Origin: Gnetum montanum
Taxonomy: Eukaryota > Plantae > Gnetophyta
DNA: 64,000 nt
Assembly: GCA_015680685.1 (NCBI GenBank)
Contig: MNCI01002098.1
Coordinates: 847,486-911,485 of the forward strand
Direction of reading: 5' to 3'
Part shown: piece by piece, positions 53,821-64,000 of the stretch
How the letters are laid out: every line of letters starts with the position of its first letter
Position numbering within the stretch: the stretch's first letter is position 1
Position numbers and translations under genes: made by a program
Notes under the pieces: generated by a model
Told to the model about the DNA's origin: nothing
The model's input: the letters and a program-made list of their open reading frames with translations, nothing else
The model's database searches: none

Positions 53821-56800
53821 AATGTGAGGTTGAGAATTCTATGATTTGATTTTTAAACAACAACATTTTCTGTATTTAAGATCAAGATAGAATAGCAACA
53901 CCAACCTTCAAAAATAATTTTGAAGAAAAGCAAATAGAAATCCATACGGAATAGGTTAAAAACATTTTCAAAATATCTTTTTATTTTATAAAAATACCAT
54001 TTTTTGTAGAATTTATAACATCAATATTTTTATTATGATAGATAACTGAAATACATTATGCTACTCCTAAAACAAAAATAAGGGGATAATAATGTGATAG
54101 TAGATGAAAATTGAAAGTACCATACAAACAATAAGAGAATTTGTGAATCACTAAAAAATAAAACTAGCAAACTTTTTCTATAAATAAACATCAAATTTTA
54201 GTTACAAAGGGTGATATTCAACTCATAAGATATCAGGTATTCTATATCTATATTTTGCAAAATTTACATTTCCATCTATTAAAAATTTCAAATTTATTTT
54301 TCAATATCATGAATTATACCAATATTCATAATACTTCTAATTTCAACTTTGTTTTTAATATAATTAAGCAATGAACAGGTACGAAGATATAGAGAATCAA
54401 AAAGACAAAAGTTGTAATTACAATAAATAATAAATAAAACTATGCAATGAAATGCAAAATACTATAAAGGAAAAAAAATCAAATTGCCACAACAAAGGTA
54501 ATAAAATTTTTATGTCATTTTTAAGATCAAGCTTCGTTGATATTTTCATAGTAGAGTTTTAGGTTAATTGAGCAATTAGAAACCTATAAGACAATGATGC
54601 CAAAAATAGAAATACCTAAAACTTTTTTAATAAATAGTGATCTTCAATAGAATTCATTGATACCTAACGCAAAGTTGCTAACAAAATTCTATAGTTTTAA
54701 CTTTGTCAAACTTCATGGGATATGATAATTACTAAGCAATTGCAGAGTGGAGAATTAAATTGTTGTCTTAAATATTGGGTTGTAATTCTTATGAGTGCAA
54801 TTAGTTTACTATTCACCAACTCAAAGGCCTAGCACAGTATTGGTAGATGCATTAAATAAAATGATATATAATAAGCAAGGTTATTAAAATAGACCAGAAT
54901 ATATGTGAATAAGTTTCAAACATTATATTCATTAGACTCACTCCAACCATGTCCATATGAACTACTCATTCTCTATTATAAGTATGGATAACTTTCATGT
55001 TTTAAAGATCAATATCTTGCAACTTTTTCTTGTGGGAAATTAGAGGACAGCCAACAAGATTATGCAACCTATTACAAATGTAGACAATTTGAACTTTTCA
55101 AATATGAAACTCTTGCATTTTCTCCTTGCAAATAACCAAAACATATACAACTTGATTGTCCATTCATAGACAATGCCATGAGTTAAGATAATACTATAAC
55201 AAGACCACCAAGTACACCAAGTTCCTTAAATTATTTTTAGGTATTGATTAAAGACTTAATCTTTTTGAGAGTATGTTTAACAAAGAAAAATTTTGGGCCT
55301 AGACCCTAAATTTAAAATGAGGGATGGGGAGGAAGATATTGTTGTTTATGTAGTGCTCTTACTCATTTCTTGTCAATGGACCTTGAGATGGCATGTGCTT
55401 CAAAAGTATATTGATTTTTGAAAGCTGGTTGCCATGTGTTCTCAGGGTTGCTACCCTTACCAAGAACCATCTTTGGCTTTTCTCTCTCTTTCTTTTGTTT
55501 CATCTTTTATGTCTTTCTCTTGGTTTTTTGCTTCCTTCTTAGGTACTTGTTAGCATGTTTTCTAGAGCTGTTTGTGTTTATTTTTTTCATCTCGTTTTGT
55601 TTGTTTTTTATTCTTTATTCATTTTGGCGGTATCTACTATAGCTGCAATGATAGTGAATAGATGTTATATTATTAGTTTAACCAAGGGTTAGCTATAGCA
55701 ATTTGTGTTAATTAGTCTGAATTAAATAAAGTAATTAAATTTAAAGTTTAAAATTTGTATTTGTGCTAATACTTTTGAAAGGATGACCTTAGATATCTAA
55801 TCTCATATTCAATGGTGGGGTTTTCATATTCAAGTTTCCCAATAACATTACGAGTTAACCTAATCACCTGATCAAGTCCGGTCACATCCATCCTTTTCTA
55901 TTTTTCAAGCTTCGTAAAAGACTTAGCAAAAGACACCGGACACGCAACGCTCGCTGCCTGTCGCACTTTTTCATAATTTAAATTTACGTTCTTTTATATT
56001 GCCTTCGATTTGTTGCTTTCACTGCCCGACGGTTCACATCTAATGTGATTGTTCCAATGACAAAACAATTCACTGAAAAACATGTCCAACTTTTAGAATG
56101 AGACTGGAAATTAGCCGTTTACCGAAGCAAACAAAAATACTTTCTTGCATCCCTTCACTCCCTTGCCAACTTTGGGCAGTGTAAAAAACTTGCTTAATTA
56201 TAATTCGTGGAGGGAACGCGTGATTTAAAACAGCCTATATTGTTATTCAAATGTGCCCAACTATTTAAACAAATTTAAAAAGCTGCGACAAACGTTGGAG
56301 CATAAACCGTTGCTTTAAGAAGAGAAAAACAGATGGTTTTCACCTCTCGCTATCGCTATCAGGATTGATTTAATAGCAAGAAATATTTGTCAGGTAAGAA
56401 ACTGGGACGTGTTCTCAGTTTTGTAGCAGTAATGAGTCTACAGCACTTGATGGTGTCAACAAATGTCTGGCATTAGATTATTTATATCATCGTTTTTTTT
56501 TTCTTTTGTTTCTTTAATATTTAAAACGGGAAAAAAAATCTTCATTCGGATTCGATATTGCATTTTTCATAAAAAGATAAAAGACAGGCTTTGCCATTTT
56601 TATTTTATCTTATTGTAACGCTCCTATTGTTTCCATGATTTCACATTGGATTTTTTACACTACGAAGAGGATGAAATCCAGATGATATAGGCCAACCAAG
56701 ATCACCATTCAGCATAAGCAGCAATTTGACAAATTAAGACACGATTAACTTGTATTGAGATATATATATCTTCAGTGAAGAAAATATCACACTGAAGGTT

Positions 56801-57697
56801 GGCAAGTAATATAATTTATATATGCGAACAAGGCAATTTTACAATTGCTGGCAAGTAATGTGATTTTTTTATGCAAGATCACATAGTTAGAAGCTAAATT
56901 TGTTGTCTTACAAGCAATAACATGTTAACTTTAAAATGAAAGTGTAAACAGCAGTAAAAGTAATAACACAAAGATTGATTCCCACAACAAAGAATTTGGA
57001 AACCTGCAGTACTGAACAGAAATAAATTGAACTGTTTCCCAGAGTTTTTACCAGAACACTTGATTGTGTGATCTGTAAATCCGGGCGGCACGTGTGGTGG
57101 CAAATGTGATCGCACAACTCTGCTATGGCACCTCTGGTAACTTGGCTACGGCTCACAGGTGAGGTTGTAGTGCGTTTTCATCTATCAAGCATGTAACATG
57201 ACATGAAGAAAATTGGCCCACGTAACGCATATTATGTATGCCAGTCTTCATATCTTTTACCTTCGTCGTCGTCATTCATGATAATTGCTTGCTTGATGCA
57301 TATTTTCAAAGATTTAAATTTTGGGCAGGTTTTTCATAACAATTATTATGCTTTGTTCTTTGTACTCAACGTAAGTTGTCTGCACATTCCAACAGATAAG
57401 CTCGTCGTAGCTTTGGGTCGGTGTCTGCACATTCCAACTGCCGACAATTATTTTTTCTATAATGCATACATATTCACATATGATGTACATGAGCCTATAC
57501 ATACATTGACAATTAAAGGCATATCTTGTTCCTGGGTGTAGTTGTTGACATACAAGTATGTATATAATACTTTTTAGAATACATAATGGGTGGACAAATG
57601 GAAAACTATAAACCAAAACCAATCCAAATGGTCGGCTAGGATAAACATATATTACATGATTTACATCCTATGATTACCGAACACTATTGCAACCCTT

Positions 57698-57843
57698 CAT
57701 TTTGAACCTATGAAATAGGTTTATGGTTAAAAGTGGAGAGATATAAAATAAAATGAAACCTAACATCATTTCCACTGTCCATTTTGAACCTACGAGGATC
57801 GTTATAAGGTTGGACGTGGAAAAATATATAATAAAATGAAACC
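57698..57843. repeat. Tandem ~82-bp duplication upstream of the GH1 gene
   Basis: Two copies of cattttgaaccta...gtgga.a.atata.aataaaatgaaacc. Confidence 0.8.
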
Positions 57844-58358
57844 AAAGGAAATGAAATATACTCTATGGGATACATAATGAGTATTTCAAAATCAGTGCAG
57901 AGCCCATTAGTGTCTCAATTCGCCGAATCATTCTATTGGATACCGAGCCCATTAAAGGACGAGAAAATGAGGAATTCACAGGTTCCAAGTTGTTGGAAGA
58001 CCCGTACATTCCCAACCCAACACAAGCAAACCCATTGATGTTGCTCCTTCCGCATCAAAGTTGATTAGCGAGATCAGTTTTTAAGAACATAAAACCTTTG
58101 GAACAGTGCCAAACAATCAGGCTCCAAGGCAAGCAAGTGTAAAAATAAAGAAGGGAAAATAAAAACAGTGACTAACTTTGCAGCTTGACAGTTGTGTTTC
58201 ATGACAGCAGTGTGTGCTGGAATCAGAGATAGTAGCAAAACATGCTTTTAAGAGGGCTGTTGATACCTTGCCACAGCCCAACACCGGAAGTCCGGAACTG
58301 AGGAACTGCTCTCGGTAGTTGTGGCAGAAGAAGCGAAGAATTATCGTCTGCAGCAGTC

Positions 58359-62139
<3,781 letters not shown>

Positions 62140-62398
62140 TGTCATCAACATCGGGCGTTTTCACCAGCAATATTTATATGTGATATTAGAAGCCAAGAAG
62201 TTTACATCCAAGACTCTTTTCAATCGTTGAATAGATCTCAATTTATGTTATTTCTTTTATGTATTGAAATTTCTTTATTATCCATGCAATAGAGTTGGGT
62301 ATTGTCGGTAAACAAATTTATTTTAGCTTATTTTAGTATGTATGAGAATGCTTAACACAAAAGCTTATTTATATGTCAATTGCAAATGAAATGTTAAT

Positions 62399-62730
62399 GA
62401 AAGTTGCAATCAATTCCAATGCAAGGTGAAAGTTGCAGTCAATTCCAATGCAAGGTGATTACACTATCTTGTAATAAAGGTAGATTGTTATTACAAAATA
62501 ATAATAATAATAATAATGCATATACAGATTCTATGTAAAGATTGTAGTAAAGAGCAAAGCGCATGTCGATTCTTTATTGAGGTAGTAGTAGAGGTTAAAG
62601 ACATATATTCTATAGTAAAAGGAGTAGTATAGAACAAAGCACATGTAGATTCCATGTAGAGGTAATTATAGAGGATAAAGATATATAGTTTCTATGTAAA
62701 GGTAGTAGTAGAGCATAAAGAACATGTTTT
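62399..62730. repeat. 29-bp tandem duplication and degenerate ~40-bp tandem array downstream of the GH1 gene
   Basis: gaaagttgca.tcaattccaatgcaaggt twice (62399-62456), then about five 'cat.tagattctatgta.aggtagtagtagag...aaag' units (62520-62730). Confidence 0.75.
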
Positions 62731-64000
62731 TCTTATATTTGTGTTTTTTTTAAATATTGAAACTTGAATATAGCATTTAAGTAAAAGCTTCACAATAATT
62801 TTTAAGCTAGAATTATTAACAATAAGGCACTTTTTTGATAAGGATTTCAAGACTTATCGAGAACATATCAAAATCCTTGTAAAAGTATTTTTTCTTTTTT
62901 GTATATACCTCTTAAATTCTCTAGATAACAAGCATTTTCATTTTCATTTCCATTCCTATTACAAAATTATTTTTAAGTTTTTAGAGTTGTCCAAACTAAA
63001 ACTAGAGTGCATAGGTGCCTCTTATCTTTAAGAGAGATATATAGAAAATACAATCCTTTAGTAGTAATGTTAGAAAGCTAACTTGAATTTATAACATGAT
63101 ACATGCAAAGCAATACTTTTACTAGTCGTTATCTTTATTGATACATGTGTCCTTGAAGTCTAGATACAAAAAGAGGAGGTTTACTATCAAATTAGAACCT
63201 AGTTGTAAAACTGTACCAAATCTCATTTATAATTTCTTTTTCAGAGAAAAAAAAAATAACTGAAGATGATTTGAAGAAATTACAAATAAACAGAGATCTA
63301 GCTCTTTGTAGAGGTGAATGACAAAAAGAACTCATGTAATTGACCCCATTTTGTTGGGAAAAGGCTAAGATGATGATGATTATGCATCCTAGAGGTCATA
63401 GATTAGTAAATTTGAGATTTTTAAGGAACTTAATTTTTAACAAGCTTCATATTTATGGCATTTTTCAATAAACTAAAATTTGCATAAAATAAACACTATA
63501 GTGATGAATTAAAGGTTAAATTTGGTGTTTTTGAACATCCTAGATGCATTGGTAGGGTTAGATTCTAAGTTAAACATCATCCTAAGGTACTTAATTAAAA
63601 AAGTTATTTTATAAGATATTTAGTTTTAATTAAAAACAAGCTTAGAATTCTAGTTTGATGCTATAAAGTGATAAAGAGTATGGCCTAGGTAGGGTTACGA
63701 TCCTACATGTTCTTTGAAGAAAGTGTTATATCATCATATGTGTATAATACTGAAGGAAATATACATAATCCAATACTTATAAAGCTATAATAAAGTTCTA
63801 GGTGATGTAATTTCTATTGAATTTTAAAAAAAAATTATTGGGATGTTGTTAGTATCAACCTTTATTGTATTTTTGTTGAAGCCATTGAACAACGTTCTCT
63901 TGGTCAAGAGCTGAATAGAAGTTTTTAAACTTATTCCTAAGGATAGTAATCTTTCCCACATTGATTATTGGCATCCTATTACTCTTCTAGATTTTGTTGA

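Overview
AT-rich, CpG-depleted land-plant nuclear DNA from a draft assembly (several single-n joins with duplicated flanks, one N gap). About 2-55 kb is a nest of decayed retroelements. A full-length minus-strand Athila-like Ty3/gypsy element (element A, 5641-25338, TSD CATAT) hosts a solo LTR in its RT and a pol-less relative (element B, 7315-14381) in its accessory ORF. A second pol-less relative (element C, 26471-~34190) sits inside an older integrase. All three share a tRNA-Asp-type lineage signature, duplicated polypurine tracts and a homologous accessory ORF preceded by a branch point and splice acceptor. The nest also holds further solo LTRs, Tekay-like and Tat/Ogre-like remnants, a captured LINE RT fragment and an old mitochondrial nad1 insertion. 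The one clear host gene is a 13-exon GH1 beta-glucosidase (58359-62139) with an in-frame TGA, a GT>GA donor change and atypical active-site motifs, so it is probably a young pseudogene. A weak TLC-domain-like gene relic may lie at 0.6-1.75 kb. All calls are from manual reading; no database searches were run.
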